Of a stretch of DNA of 64,000 bases, positions 9,184-18,656 are shown one piece after another. The position numbers and the translations under genes are program-made. This stretch comes from Acidimicrobiales bacterium (lineage in GTDB: Bacteria; Actinomycetota; Acidimicrobiia; Acidimicrobiales; WLNW01). The notes beneath the pieces are model-generated. The model searched no databases. It was not told the DNA's origin and saw only the letters and a list, made by a program, of their open reading frames with translations. Positions within the stretch are counted from its first letter, which is position 1. Each line of letters starts with the position of its first letter. The stretch lies in NCBI GenBank assembly GCA_039934635.1, contig JBDTLT010000001.1:66315-130314 (forward strand), given 5' to 3'.

Positions 9184-9675
9184 TCAGTGCTGTTTGACCG
9201 CGGCGGGTTCGCCGCCGGTCATCTCGAGCAACTCGGCGGGGGTGAGGTTGAAGACGGTGTTGGGGGTGCCGCCGGCAGCCCAGATCGAGTCGAACGCGAG
9301 GAGGTCTTCGTCGACGAGGGTGACCGGCGCGACGACGTGACCGATCGGGGCTACGCCGCCGATGGCAAAGCCCGTGTTCGCCCGCACGAAGTCGGCATCG
9401 GCCTTGCCGATGGGCTCGCCGATCAACGCGCCCACGGCCGTCTCGTCGACTCGGTTGGCCCCGGAGGCGATGACGAGCACGGGGCGCGCGCTCGTGGTGC
9501 CCCGGGACACCAGGGACTTGACGATCTGGGCCACGTCGCAGCCGACGGCGAGCGCGGCCTCCTTGGCGGTACGGGTCGAGTCGGGCAGAACCACGATCTC
9601 GTGGTTCCAGCCACCCTGTGCCAGCGCGGCCTTGAACCGCTCGGCGCCGCCGGCGGAGTTTCCCGCTGCTGCCAC
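9184..9675 (-). CDS. YbaK/EbsC-type aminoacyl-tRNA editing (deacylase) domain protein
   Basis: 163-aa ORF. RTAKEAALAVGCDVAQIVKSLV...PVLVIASGANRVDETAV...ADADFVRANTGFAIGGVAPIGH is the typical YbaK/ProX layout. Confidence 0.7.
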   Translation of the reverse strand: MAAAGNSAGGAERFKAALAQGGWNHEIVVLPDSTRTAKEAALAVGCDVAQIVKSLVSRGTTSARPVLVIASGANRVDETAVGALIGEPIGKADADFVRANTGFAIGGVAPIGHVVAPVTLVDEDLLAFDSIWAAGGTPNTVFNLTPAELLEMTGGEPAAVKQH

Positions 9676-9738
9676 ATGTCCTCCCGGGTGTTTCGAGTCG
9701 GTCGCATCCTAAATCCCGCTCTGCCCTAACCTGGCCCC

Positions 9739-11076
9739 ATGACGGTCACCGAGCTCCGCACCGACGAACCCGTCGGCACCGCAATCACCACCACCGGCAG
9801 CGCCAACGGGTCACCGACGCGCGTGCCCGCGTCGCGCTACACGTCGCCCGAATTCGCCGCCCGCGAACTGCAGCTCATGTGGCCGCGGGTGTGGGTGGTC
9901 GCGTGCAGCGTCGACCATGTTGCCGAGCCCGGCGACTATTTCGAATGTCGTGTCGGCCCGTACTCGGTGCTGATCGTCCACGGCGATGACGGCGAGCTGC
10001 GCGCCTTCCAAAATGTGTGCCGTCATCGCGGCAACGTGATCTGCGAGGGTGCCGGCGCCGGGCTCACCGAGCTGCGCTGCATCTACCACCGTTGGTCGTG
10101 GGATCTCCAGGGCAAACTGCGCGAAGTCCCATCGCGTAAAGGGTTCGGCACGTTGCGCAACGACGACTTCCCGTTGCTCGACGCGCAGGTCGACACATGG
10201 GGCCGGCTCGTGTTCGTCAACCTCGATCTCGACGCCATGCCGCTCGCCGAATACCTCGAAGGGATGCCCGACGACATCGCGTGGGTCGGTCTCGACGATT
10301 TTCGGTGCACCTACGCGGTGACGACGCCGATCCCCGCCAACTGGAAGGTCATCTCCGACGGGTTCTCCGAGACGTATCACGTGCAAGGGCTGCACGCAGA
10401 GATGTTGGGGTCGATGGACGACATCAACTCCGGGCAACACATCTGGGGCCACGTCGGTGTCTCCAAGCAGCCCTACGGTGTGGCGAGCCCGCGTCTCGGT
10501 CGCAACGTGCCCGATCAAGTCGTGTGGGAGTCGTTCATCGTCACCCAGGGCGGCCGCATGGGTGTCAACGAAGTGTGTCCCGCGCCAGAGGTGCCGGCGG
10601 GCCAGACGCTGCAAGACCTCATCGCCGAGGGTGTGCGGCGCAAGCAAGCCGAGCGCGGTGTCGACCTCAGCGCGTTCTCCACGGAGCAGGTGCTCACGCT
10701 CAATCAGTACAACGTGTTTCCCAACGCGACGATCCTCATCGCCGCGGACATGTTGACAGTGATGTTCTCGCGCCCTGGTGCAACGCCCGACGACGGCACG
10801 TTGACGATCATGCACTTCGATCGGGCGGCGTCGGCCGACGCCCCTCGTACACAGCCGATGGATGCCGCGGTGCCGTTCGAACACGCCAACTTCGGCCATG
10901 TGCTCAATCAGGACACCAACGTGTTGCGCACCGCGCAGACCGGCTTGCATCAGCCCGGCTTCACCCACCTCGCGCTGTCGAGTGAAGAGGCGCGGCTCAT
11001 CAACACGCATCGCAACCTCGAGCGCTACCTCGGCATCTCCCCGTCGGAGATGTCCGGCGGCCCGGTGCTCGATTGA
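9739..11076 (+). CDS. Rieske [2Fe-2S] non-heme iron oxygenase, alpha (catalytic) subunit
   Basis: 445 aa. Rieske ligands CRHRG...x17...CIYHRW. Mononuclear iron motif region NWKVISDGFSETYHVQGLH. No beta subunit, ferredoxin or reductase is adjacent. Confidence 0.85.
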   Translation: MTVTELRTDEPVGTAITTTGSANGSPTRVPASRYTSPEFAARELQLMWPRVWVVACSVDHVAEPGDYFECRVGPYSVLIVHGDDGELRAFQNVCRHRGNVICEGAGAGLTELRCIYHRWSWDLQGKLREVPSRKGFGTLRNDDFPLLDAQVDTWGRLVFVNLDLDAMPLAEYLEGMPDDIAWVGLDDFRCTYAVTTPIPANWKVISDGFSETYHVQGLHAEMLGSMDDINSGQHIWGHVGVSKQPYGVASPRLGRNVPDQVVWESFIVTQGGRMGVNEVCPAPEVPAGQTLQDLIAEGVRRKQAERGVDLSAFSTEQVLTLNQYNVFPNATILIAADMLTVMFSRPGATPDDGTLTIMHFDRAASADAPRTQPMDAAVPFEHANFGHVLNQDTNVLRTAQTGLHQPGFTHLALSSEEARLINTHRNLERYLGISPSEMSGGPVLD

Positions 11077-12548
11077 GCCAAATCCCGGTCATCATCGGCC
11101 TCGGGCAATCGATCCATCGTGACGATGACGATTGGGCGGGGGCCGAACCAGCGCGGCTGATGGTCGACGCCGCCCGCAACGTTTTGGCCGATTGCGGTGG
11201 TGTGTCGCCGGCCGAGATCGACAGCATCGATGTGCTGCACGTCCAGGCGTGGCGCTACGACGACATCGCGGCACTCGTCGGCGCCCGCCTCGGCTGTGGC
11301 ACCGCGCGCGGTACTTCGTATCCGGTCGGTGGGGAAACACCGTTGCGCGTGCTCGACGATGTCGCCCGGCGCATCCAGCGCGGTGAGACGAAGTGCGCGC
11401 TGATCATCGGTGCCGAATCCACGCGGGCCGCTGATCGCTGCGCGAAGGCCGGGGGCGCGCTCGGTTGGACACCAATGGCGACACCGCGCGCCAAGTGGCA
11501 GATGCCCGACACGTGGCGCCGCATCATCGACATCGGTGTGCAGCGGGCCATGCACATCTTCGCCCTCTACGAGAACGCGTTGCGGGCGCACGAAGGCATC
11601 TCGTTTGCCGATGCACAAGACGAGTCAGCGACGTTGTGGGCCGCGCTCTCGCGGGTTGCCGCGAACAATCCCTACTCGTGGACGACCGAAGCGGTTGATG
11701 CGGCGACGGTGCGCACGATTACGGCCGCGAACCGCAGGGTGGCGTTCCCGTTCACCAAACGAATGACGGCGAACCCGTTCGTCAATCAAGGCGCGGGATT
11801 GCTGGTCACCGACACCGATACGGCGCGCCGGTTGCGCGTGCCCGAACAACAGTGGGTGTACCCCTGGGGCTCCGCCGGGGCCGACGAACCGGCCGAAGTG
11901 TTGTCGCGCACGGCGTTCCATCGTTCGGCCGCCGTCGAACGGGCCATCGTGCGCACGCAAGAACTGACCGAGACGAGTACCGACGATTACAGCTTCGTCG
12001 AGCTCTACAGCTGCTTTCCGACGATGCCCAAACTGTCGGGTCGCGTGCTCGGCCCGATCAAGCCGGATGCACCGACGGTGACGGGGGGCCTTTCGTTCTT
12101 CGGCGGGCCGGGCAGCAACTACCTCACGCACTCGATCGCGGCGATGGCGTTGCGCCTGCGCGAGAGTGGCGGCCTCGGCTTCATTCACGGCGTCGGCGAG
12201 ATGATGACCAAGCATCATGCAGTCGTGTTGGGCGCCGCCCCGCGCGACGGGGGATACGCCGCCGATCCCGACGGCATCGTCACGATCGAGCCCGCCGATG
12301 TCGCGATCGACGACGGCTATGAAGGTGCCGGCACCGTCGAGACCTGCAGCGTCTCGTATCATCGTGACGGCAGTCCTGACTACGGCATCGTGATCGGTCG
12401 TGGTCGCGGCGGGCAGCGCTTCGGTGCCCGCGTCGACCCGGATGACACCGCGACGATTGCGGCTTTCGAATCAGTTGAGTCAGAAGCCATCGGTACGACC
12501 GGCCGCGTGTTCACGACGGCGAACGGTCGCAGGTTCAGCATCGAGTAA
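11073..12548 (+). CDS. Thiolase-like superfamily protein with C-terminal OB-fold/DUF35-like extension (possibly a retro-aldol lyase rather than a thiolase)
   Basis: 491-aa ORF. Its TTG start overlaps the Rieske stop (TTGA at 11073-11076). IPVIIGLGQS N-terminus and thiolase-like core (ALIIGAES, GGLSFFGGPGSNY). The C-terminal ~100 aa (GTVETCSVSYHRDGSPDYGIVIGRG..RFGARVD) looks OB-fold-like. Confidence 0.55.
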   Translation: MSQIPVIIGLGQSIHRDDDDWAGAEPARLMVDAARNVLADCGGVSPAEIDSIDVLHVQAWRYDDIAALVGARLGCGTARGTSYPVGGETPLRVLDDVARRIQRGETKCALIIGAESTRAADRCAKAGGALGWTPMATPRAKWQMPDTWRRIIDIGVQRAMHIFALYENALRAHEGISFADAQDESATLWAALSRVAANNPYSWTTEAVDAATVRTITAANRRVAFPFTKRMTANPFVNQGAGLLVTDTDTARRLRVPEQQWVYPWGSAGADEPAEVLSRTAFHRSAAVERAIVRTQELTETSTDDYSFVELYSCFPTMPKLSGRVLGPIKPDAPTVTGGLSFFGGPGSNYLTHSIAAMALRLRESGGLGFIHGVGEMMTKHHAVVLGAAPRDGGYAADPDGIVTIEPADVAIDDGYEGAGTVETCSVSYHRDGSPDYGIVIGRGRGGQRFGARVDPDDTATIAAFESVESEAIGTTGRVFTTANGRRFSIE

Positions 12549-12557
12549 GGGGCAACA

Positions 12558-13319
12558 ATGGGGATGGTCGACGGTAAGGTGGCGCTCATCACGGGCGCCG
12601 GTAGCGGCATGGGCCGCGCCGGCTCGGTGCTGTTCGCCCACGAGGGCGCGGCGCACGTGTACGTGGCCGATCTCAATGTCGCGGGCGGTGAGGAGACGGT
12701 CGAGTTGGTGCGCCAAGCGGGTGGCGCGGCCACGTTCGTACACGTCGACGTCACCGACGAAGACGCGGTGCGCGAAATGGTCGAGAGGGTCGCGAGCACA
12801 CATGAGCGGCTCGACTGCGCGTGGAACAATGCCGGCATCACCGACGTCGCACGCCGCTTCACCGACTTCGACAAGGCGGCATTCGAGCGCATGCTCGACG
12901 TCAACCTCACGTCGGTGTTCCTCTGCCTCAAATACGAGATCCTCCAGATGGAACGCCAGGGCGGCGGTGCCATCGTCAACACGTCGTCGGCATCGGGCGT
13001 TGTTGCCACACCCGGGCTACCGCACTACACGGCGGCCAAGCACGGGGTACTCGGCCTCACGAAATCGGCCGCGCTCGAGTACAACAACAAGAACATCCGG
13101 GTGAACGCCGTGTGTCCGGGCATGGTCGATACGCCCTTGACGCAACAGTTCTTCGACTCGAGTCCTAAGCTCGCCGCCGCCGTGCAGCGGCTGATGCCCG
13201 GGGGCAAGCTCGGTCAGCCGGCGCAGGTCGCCGACGCCGTCGTCTGGTTGTGCTCCGAACACTCGAGCTGGGTGTCCGGTCTCAGCATGGTCATCGACGG
13301 TGGCTACGTGAACCGCTAA
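12558..13319 (+). CDS. Short-chain dehydrogenase/reductase (SDR)
   Basis: 253 aa. GKVALITGAGSGMGRA Rossmann motif, NNAG, and Y..AK (PHYTAAKHG) catalytic motif. Confidence 0.9.
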   Translation: MGMVDGKVALITGAGSGMGRAGSVLFAHEGAAHVYVADLNVAGGEETVELVRQAGGAATFVHVDVTDEDAVREMVERVASTHERLDCAWNNAGITDVARRFTDFDKAAFERMLDVNLTSVFLCLKYEILQMERQGGGAIVNTSSASGVVATPGLPHYTAAKHGVLGLTKSAALEYNNKNIRVNAVCPGMVDTPLTQQFFDSSPKLAAAVQRLMPGGKLGQPAQVADAVVWLCSEHSSWVSGLSMVIDGGYVNR

Positions 13320-13334
13320 CCAGCAAGGGAAAAG

Positions 13335-14180
13335 ATGCCAATCGATCTCGACAACCTCGACGCCCCCGGTCTCGACATCTGGAGAGAGGGCGCGGTGCTG
13401 TGGATCCGGCTCAATCGGCCCGAGCGACGCAACGCCATCGATATCCACTCCCGTGATGTGCTGCGCACGCTCTTGTGGGATCTCAACTCCGACCCGGCGG
13501 TGCGCGCGGTCGTGCTCACGGGCACCGGTCGCGACTACTGCACCGGTGCCGATGCGGTCGCAAGCGACCCCGCGGCGACGGGGGCCGTGCCTCCCGACGA
13601 AAAGTCGGGTGCCGCGGCCTGGATGCTCGACTACCGGTTCCCCACGCAGGGCTTCCAGGACATGTTCAAACAACTGTGGGAGATCGAAAAGCCGGTCATC
13701 AGCGCAGTCAACGGCACCGTTGCCGGCATCGGATGGATGTTCGCATTGCTCGCGGATCTCGTCGTCGCCTCCGACTCCGCTCGCTGGACCCACGTCTTCA
13801 CGCGACGCGGCATGATGCCGCACGCGGGTGATCCGTACTTCTTGCCGCGCGTCTTGCCGCATCACGTGCTCAACGAGATCGCGTTCTTGAGCGATCCGGT
13901 CACCTCTGAGCAACTGCGCGGCTGGGGCGCCGTCAATCGTGTCGTGCCCGCCGATCAGGTCGAGCAGACCGCGCGAGAGTTGGCCAACCGACTCGCGTCG
14001 GGGCCGACGCGCAGCCTCGGTCAGGCCAAGCGCCTCTACCGGCGCTCATCGGTCAGTGACATGGCGACGGCGTTCGCGGAAGAGCAATCGACCAGCGCGC
14101 TGCTGTCGCTGACGCACGATCGCCTCGAAGGCATGCAGGCCTTCATGCAGGGGCGTCCCCCGGAATTCACGGGCCAGTAG
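13335..14180 (+). CDS. Enoyl-CoA hydratase/isomerase (crotonase) family protein
   Basis: 281 aa. LWIRLNRPERRNAID, VVLTGTGRDYCTGAD and PVISAVNGTVAGIGW are crotonase-fold signatures. Confidence 0.85.
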   Translation: MPIDLDNLDAPGLDIWREGAVLWIRLNRPERRNAIDIHSRDVLRTLLWDLNSDPAVRAVVLTGTGRDYCTGADAVASDPAATGAVPPDEKSGAAAWMLDYRFPTQGFQDMFKQLWEIEKPVISAVNGTVAGIGWMFALLADLVVASDSARWTHVFTRRGMMPHAGDPYFLPRVLPHHVLNEIAFLSDPVTSEQLRGWGAVNRVVPADQVEQTARELANRLASGPTRSLGQAKRLYRRSSVSDMATAFAEEQSTSALLSLTHDRLEGMQAFMQGRPPEFTGQ

Positions 14181-14211
14181 GTTCACGGGCCGGTAAGAGC
14201 GTTCACGGGCG
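14166..14211. repeat. Three direct copies of TTCACGGGC(C/G) at a convergent gene junction
   Basis: Copies at 14166-14175, 14182-14191 and 14202-14211. The first covers the last codons of the crotonase gene. The third covers the stop and last codons of the minus-strand gene. Confidence 0.7.
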
Positions 14212-16143
14212 AACCGCCGCGTCGTACGACGCGATCGCCCGATCGACGGCGGCAGCGCGATCGCTCGGCAACAAGAAACCGCGCGCGACGAGATCGTCGG
14301 CCGCGGCGCCGGCCTTGCGGGTGTAGTCGTCGCGGTCCTCATAACGCTCTTCGATCGACGGGCGCGGATCTCCCGACGCGGCACGCTCGGCGGCCGTGCG
14401 GGCAAACCCGATGCGGCTGCCGACGAACTCGTAGAGCACGTCGGGTAGCCCGGCCACGGGCCGGCGGGGATTCCAACCGGTGTAGGTCGCGACCGGCGCA
14501 GCCAGCTCGGGCACGCGGATGCCCGCGATCTCGTTGCCGTCGTCGTCGATGGCCGAGACCCACGCGGGGAGACGCGCGCCGAGCGTGAGCGGCCATTGTC
14601 CTATGCCCGCGTCGGCCTGCGGACCGAGATCGACGACGTGCTCGGAGTGGATGACTCCGAGATCGGGCAGCTGTATCGCCGGTATCGTGCGGGCCCACGC
14701 GAGCACGTGTTGACGCTCGACGGCGGTCGCGTCGGCGAGCCGGGGCACCTCGCTCGGCGGCGGGTCGACGTCATCGGTGACCCACGCGTCGAGGTGTTCG
14801 AACAGCGCTCGCGTCGGTAGCGCCGCGTCGAGATCGTTGACCGGATTGGCGACCGCCATTGCCGATTTCATCAACGCCGCGGAGCCGATGTGGTCGATGC
14901 CCGCGAGCAGGTAGGCCCGCACTCCTTCGACATCGGCCGCATCGCGCGCGAGGTCGGGATCGATGTGTACGAGGGCCGCGTCACCGCGCCAGTATTCCCA
15001 CGCAGTGTTGACGAAGAACGTCTTGGGCGCGGTGCCCAATGCGCGCTGGCGATCGAGTAGGCCGGGACCTGACGCGATCGAAGTGAACGGCCCGAGATTG
15101 CCGAAGCCGGGCGTCGATGTCACCGAGGGCTGCGCGTAGCGATGGTTGAACTCGCCGGTGCGCGCACCGCCGATGTGGGCGAAAACGCCGTCGAACACCT
15201 GCCGGCCTGATTCGTCGGTGTTACATCCTTCGAGAAGGAACTGCCGCAACACGCGACCGGATTGTGAGACGCCGAAACCGATCGCGTGGTCGACGGAGCC
15301 GGCGCAGGGGTTGCCGTCTTGCGCCGACGCGGTGCGGAGGTACGACACGAAGTCGCGGATGGCCAACAAGCCGGCACCGGCAACGGGGCAACGGTTGGTG
15401 CGGTAGACGAGCTCGTAAAAGCGGAACGGCTCGAAGCCGCCGTCGAGCCACACGTGCTCGGCGTCGGCGACCACCCGGCCATCGGTGACACGGGCAAAGC
15501 GCCACCGCGCGCGATCGATGACCGTGCGGGTGCCGTCGATCGAGTCCCGCACGGTGAGGACGGCGGTCTCGTCGTCGATGTCGGCGGTCGGGTAGTTCTC
15601 GAAGTTGAACATCAACGAGGAGTCGGACAACGGGTGGTCGGCGAACGGCGCGTCGGAACGCATCTCGACCCGTAGCTGTCCCTCGATCGCCTTGCCGTCG
15701 CGAGTGGCCTCGGGCGCCGTGAACCCCATGCCACCGACCTCGCGGCGCACGTCCCATTGCCAGCCACACCACGCGATCGTCCATCCGCGGGTCAGCAAGA
15801 ATCCGTCTCCCGCGTCGATGTGCGTGAGGTCGCCCCACGCCTGAGTCAGGTTGGCGCTGAACGGCAGGGAACCGGTGAGGCCGCGGTTGGGCACGACGTA
15901 GATCAGCTTGCGCGCCCCCGCCGCGGCAACCGGACGAATGATGCAGAAGTCGGCCTCGGATCGCGCGAGACCATCGGACGATTCGACGAGGTCGAGATCG
16001 ACGATGCGTACGTTGGCCGCAGCACCGGGATCGACGGCGAACCGCGCGATGCCGCGAATGATCTCGTACGACCCGACGTCGCCCCACGGGGCTCCGCCCG
16101 CATAGGGCTCGCGTGTCTTGACGATCATCTCGGTCAGGCTCAT
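14203..16143 (-). CDS. Conserved hypothetical protein, ~646 aa, possibly an alpha/beta-hydrolase-like enzyme
   Basis: Long uninterrupted ORF with high GC3 and no signal peptide. It contains a nucleophile-elbow-like FGVSQSG. The overall layout recalls a family of ~650-aa 'alpha/beta hydrolase domain' proteins, but I cannot assign a function. Confidence 0.4.
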   Translation of the reverse strand: MSLTEMIVKTREPYAGGAPWGDVGSYEIIRGIARFAVDPGAAANVRIVDLDLVESSDGLARSEADFCIIRPVAAAGARKLIYVVPNRGLTGSLPFSANLTQAWGDLTHIDAGDGFLLTRGWTIAWCGWQWDVRREVGGMGFTAPEATRDGKAIEGQLRVEMRSDAPFADHPLSDSSLMFNFENYPTADIDDETAVLTVRDSIDGTRTVIDRARWRFARVTDGRVVADAEHVWLDGGFEPFRFYELVYRTNRCPVAGAGLLAIRDFVSYLRTASAQDGNPCAGSVDHAIGFGVSQSGRVLRQFLLEGCNTDESGRQVFDGVFAHIGGARTGEFNHRYAQPSVTSTPGFGNLGPFTSIASGPGLLDRQRALGTAPKTFFVNTAWEYWRGDAALVHIDPDLARDAADVEGVRAYLLAGIDHIGSAALMKSAMAVANPVNDLDAALPTRALFEHLDAWVTDDVDPPPSEVPRLADATAVERQHVLAWARTIPAIQLPDLGVIHSEHVVDLGPQADAGIGQWPLTLGARLPAWVSAIDDDGNEIAGIRVPELAAPVATYTGWNPRRPVAGLPDVLYEFVGSRIGFARTAAERAASGDPRPSIEERYEDRDDYTRKAGAAADDLVARGFLLPSDRAAAVDRAIASYDAAVRP

Positions 16144-16215
16144 GCGCGAAACAATACGCCTCTCGCGCCCTGACGCTTCGAGGTGTCGACGAGCGCGAGC
16201 GACGAGTAGACAGGC

Positions 16216-17427
16216 GTGGTGGACGACACGAACTCTGCGCCCGCACCGCTGGCCGGGCTGCGGGTGCTCGATCTCACGCGAAACCTCGCGGGTCCGTTTT
16301 GCACGATGATCCTCGGCGACCTCGGTGCCGACGTGATCAAGATCGAGCAGCCGGGGTCAGGCGACGACACGCGAGCGTGGACGCCGCCCGCCTGGCAGGG
16401 CGAGAGCGCGACGTACCTGGCGGCCAACAGAAACAAGCGCAGTGTCGTGATCAACCTCGATCAGCCCGAAGGTGTCGCGCTCGTAACTGAACTCGCGCGG
16501 CGCGCCGACGTGTTGGTCGAGAGCTTCAAACCCGGGTCACTCGACAAACGCGGCCTCGGATACGAGGAGCTACGGGCCCTCAACGAGCGACTGATCTATT
16601 GCTCGGTGTCGGCATTCGGCAATGTCGGTCCACAACGCAACCGTCCCGGATACGACCCGGTTCTGCAAGCGCACACCGGCATCATGCACATGACCGGCGA
16701 GCCCGATCAGCCGGGCGTGCGCCTCGGTATCGGTGCCATGGACATGGGTGCCTCGCTGTGGCTCGTGATCGGTGTGATGTCGGCGCTGTCCGCGCGAGCA
16801 CAACACGGTCGCGGCGCGCGCATCGAGACGAGCCTCTACGAAATAGCGACCTGGTGGCTGTCGTATCACATGGCGGGCTACCTGGCGTCGGGTGTCGACC
16901 CGATGCGGGGAGGCAGTCGCACGCCGTTCATCGCGCCGTACGAGACATACCCGACGCGTGACGGCATCATCTTCGTCGCCGGCGCCAACGACAACTTGTT
17001 CCGGTCACTCGTGCAGGCGCTCGGTGTCCCCGAGCTCGCGGGGGATCCGCGCTTTCTGACCAACGCCGACCGGGTCGCCCGTCGTGACGAACTTCGCGCG
17101 CTGCTCGCACCGCAATTCCTGACTGCGACCGGTGTCGAATGGGAAGCGGTGCTCGATCGCTATTCCGTGCCGTGCAGCCGAGTGCGCACCATCGCCGATG
17201 TGGTCGTCGACGAGCAGATGGCGGCACTCGGCCTGCTCGCCAACGTGCCCCACCCCTTCATCGACAACCTTCGGCTCGTCGATTTGCCGATGACGCGCGA
17301 CGGCGTACGCGCCAACGAACTGCACGCCCCACCGTTGCTGGGCGAGCACACCGACGAGGTGCTCGAGGAGTTGGGCATCGACGTGTCGGCAATCGACGAC
17401 CTACGGCGTCGAGGCGTCGTCGCGTAG
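16216..17427 (+). CDS. Family III CoA-transferase / alpha-methylacyl-CoA racemase family protein (CaiB/BaiF)
   Basis: 403 aa. LAGLRVLDLTRNLAGPFCTMILGDLGADVIKIEQPGSGDDTR is the canonical N-terminal signature. Confidence 0.9.
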   Translation: MVDDTNSAPAPLAGLRVLDLTRNLAGPFCTMILGDLGADVIKIEQPGSGDDTRAWTPPAWQGESATYLAANRNKRSVVINLDQPEGVALVTELARRADVLVESFKPGSLDKRGLGYEELRALNERLIYCSVSAFGNVGPQRNRPGYDPVLQAHTGIMHMTGEPDQPGVRLGIGAMDMGASLWLVIGVMSALSARAQHGRGARIETSLYEIATWWLSYHMAGYLASGVDPMRGGSRTPFIAPYETYPTRDGIIFVAGANDNLFRSLVQALGVPELAGDPRFLTNADRVARRDELRALLAPQFLTATGVEWEAVLDRYSVPCSRVRTIADVVVDEQMAALGLLANVPHPFIDNLRLVDLPMTRDGVRANELHAPPLLGEHTDEVLEELGIDVSAIDDLRRRGVVA

Positions 17428-17478
17428 CCAGTTGATTGGCGTGCGACGGCACCGCATCAGATCGTGTAGACAGCCCGC

Positions 17479-18639
17479 ATGGGACGGCGCTACTCGGTGA
17501 TCTCGGCCGACGGCCACATCGAAACCCCACCCGATCGTTGGGTCAAGTATGTGCCCGAGAAGTGGCGTGATCGTGCACCGAGACTGGTGCCGCTCGTCGA
17601 GGGGGGCGAAGGCTGGCTCGTCGAAGGCCAGCCGATGTTGCACAACGGCCCGAACATCACCGGTCGCGGTCCGATCCGCTTTCGCAACGCCAGCTATTGG
17701 AACACCGACGGCACTCCCGCCGAGGGCGCCGGTGATGCCCAGCAGCGGCTGCGAGAGCAGGACATCGACGGCATCGATGCCGAGGTGTTGTTCCCTCCGG
17801 TGTTCGCGTCACGATTCCTCGAGGGCATCGGTGACCCCGCGGTCTACGCGTCGATGGTGCACGCGTTCAACGTCTACCTCGCCCAGGACTTCTGTTCGGT
17901 TGCCCCTGACCGCCTGATCGGCAACGCGGTGATTCCTGTCTGCGGCGTCGACGCAGCGTTGGCGGAGCTGCGGGCCGTGCACGATCTCGGGCTGCGCTCG
18001 ATCAGCTTTTACCAGTTCCCCAACGGCACCGGTCATCCGACGCCGGCCGACGACGAGTTCTGGGCGACCACGCTCGAGCTCGGCATGGCGCTGTCACCGC
18101 ACTTCGGCTTTGGCCAAGTGGCCGCGACGCCCGGTGGTAGCGGTCGCGGCGTCGGCCATCTCGATGCCGCGACGACGCTGTCGTTGCGAGCCGGCACGCA
18201 TGCTCCCGTCTATTGCATGGTGCAGCTCATCGCGGCGGGTGTGTTCGACCGGTTCCCCGAGATCCGCTTCTACTTCGCCGAGACCAACGCCAGCTGGCTG
18301 CCCGGCACGCTCTACTTCCTCGACGACAACTACGACCTCTACCGCGACACATTCGATCTCGAGTTACGCATGAAGCCGAGCGAGTACATCCTGCGGCACT
18401 GCTACTTCGGTATCGTGCGCGATCCGGTCGCGCTGCGGCTGGGCGACGAGATGCCCTACGCCAATCTCATGTGGGGCAGCGACTTTCCCCACTCGGTCGG
18501 CACGTACCCGCACTCCACCGATCACCTCGACGATGCGTTCGCGCGCATCGACGGTGCCACCCGGCGCCAGATCTTGCTCGAGACTCCTGCGCAATACTTC
18601 GGTCTCGACCTCGATGCCGAGATCACTCCGACCCCTTGA
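17479..18639 (+). CDS. Amidohydrolase-2 family metal-dependent hydrolase (PF04909-like)
   Basis: 386 aa. YSVISADGHIETPPDRW N-terminus and MWGSDFPHSVGTYP C-terminal motif. Paralog of 933, 30715 and 58936. Confidence 0.85.
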   Translation: MGRRYSVISADGHIETPPDRWVKYVPEKWRDRAPRLVPLVEGGEGWLVEGQPMLHNGPNITGRGPIRFRNASYWNTDGTPAEGAGDAQQRLREQDIDGIDAEVLFPPVFASRFLEGIGDPAVYASMVHAFNVYLAQDFCSVAPDRLIGNAVIPVCGVDAALAELRAVHDLGLRSISFYQFPNGTGHPTPADDEFWATTLELGMALSPHFGFGQVAATPGGSGRGVGHLDAATTLSLRAGTHAPVYCMVQLIAAGVFDRFPEIRFYFAETNASWLPGTLYFLDDNYDLYRDTFDLELRMKPSEYILRHCYFGIVRDPVALRLGDEMPYANLMWGSDFPHSVGTYPHSTDHLDDAFARIDGATRRQILLETPAQYFGLDLDAEITPTP

Positions 18640-18656
18640 ATCTGGAGGACGCACGA

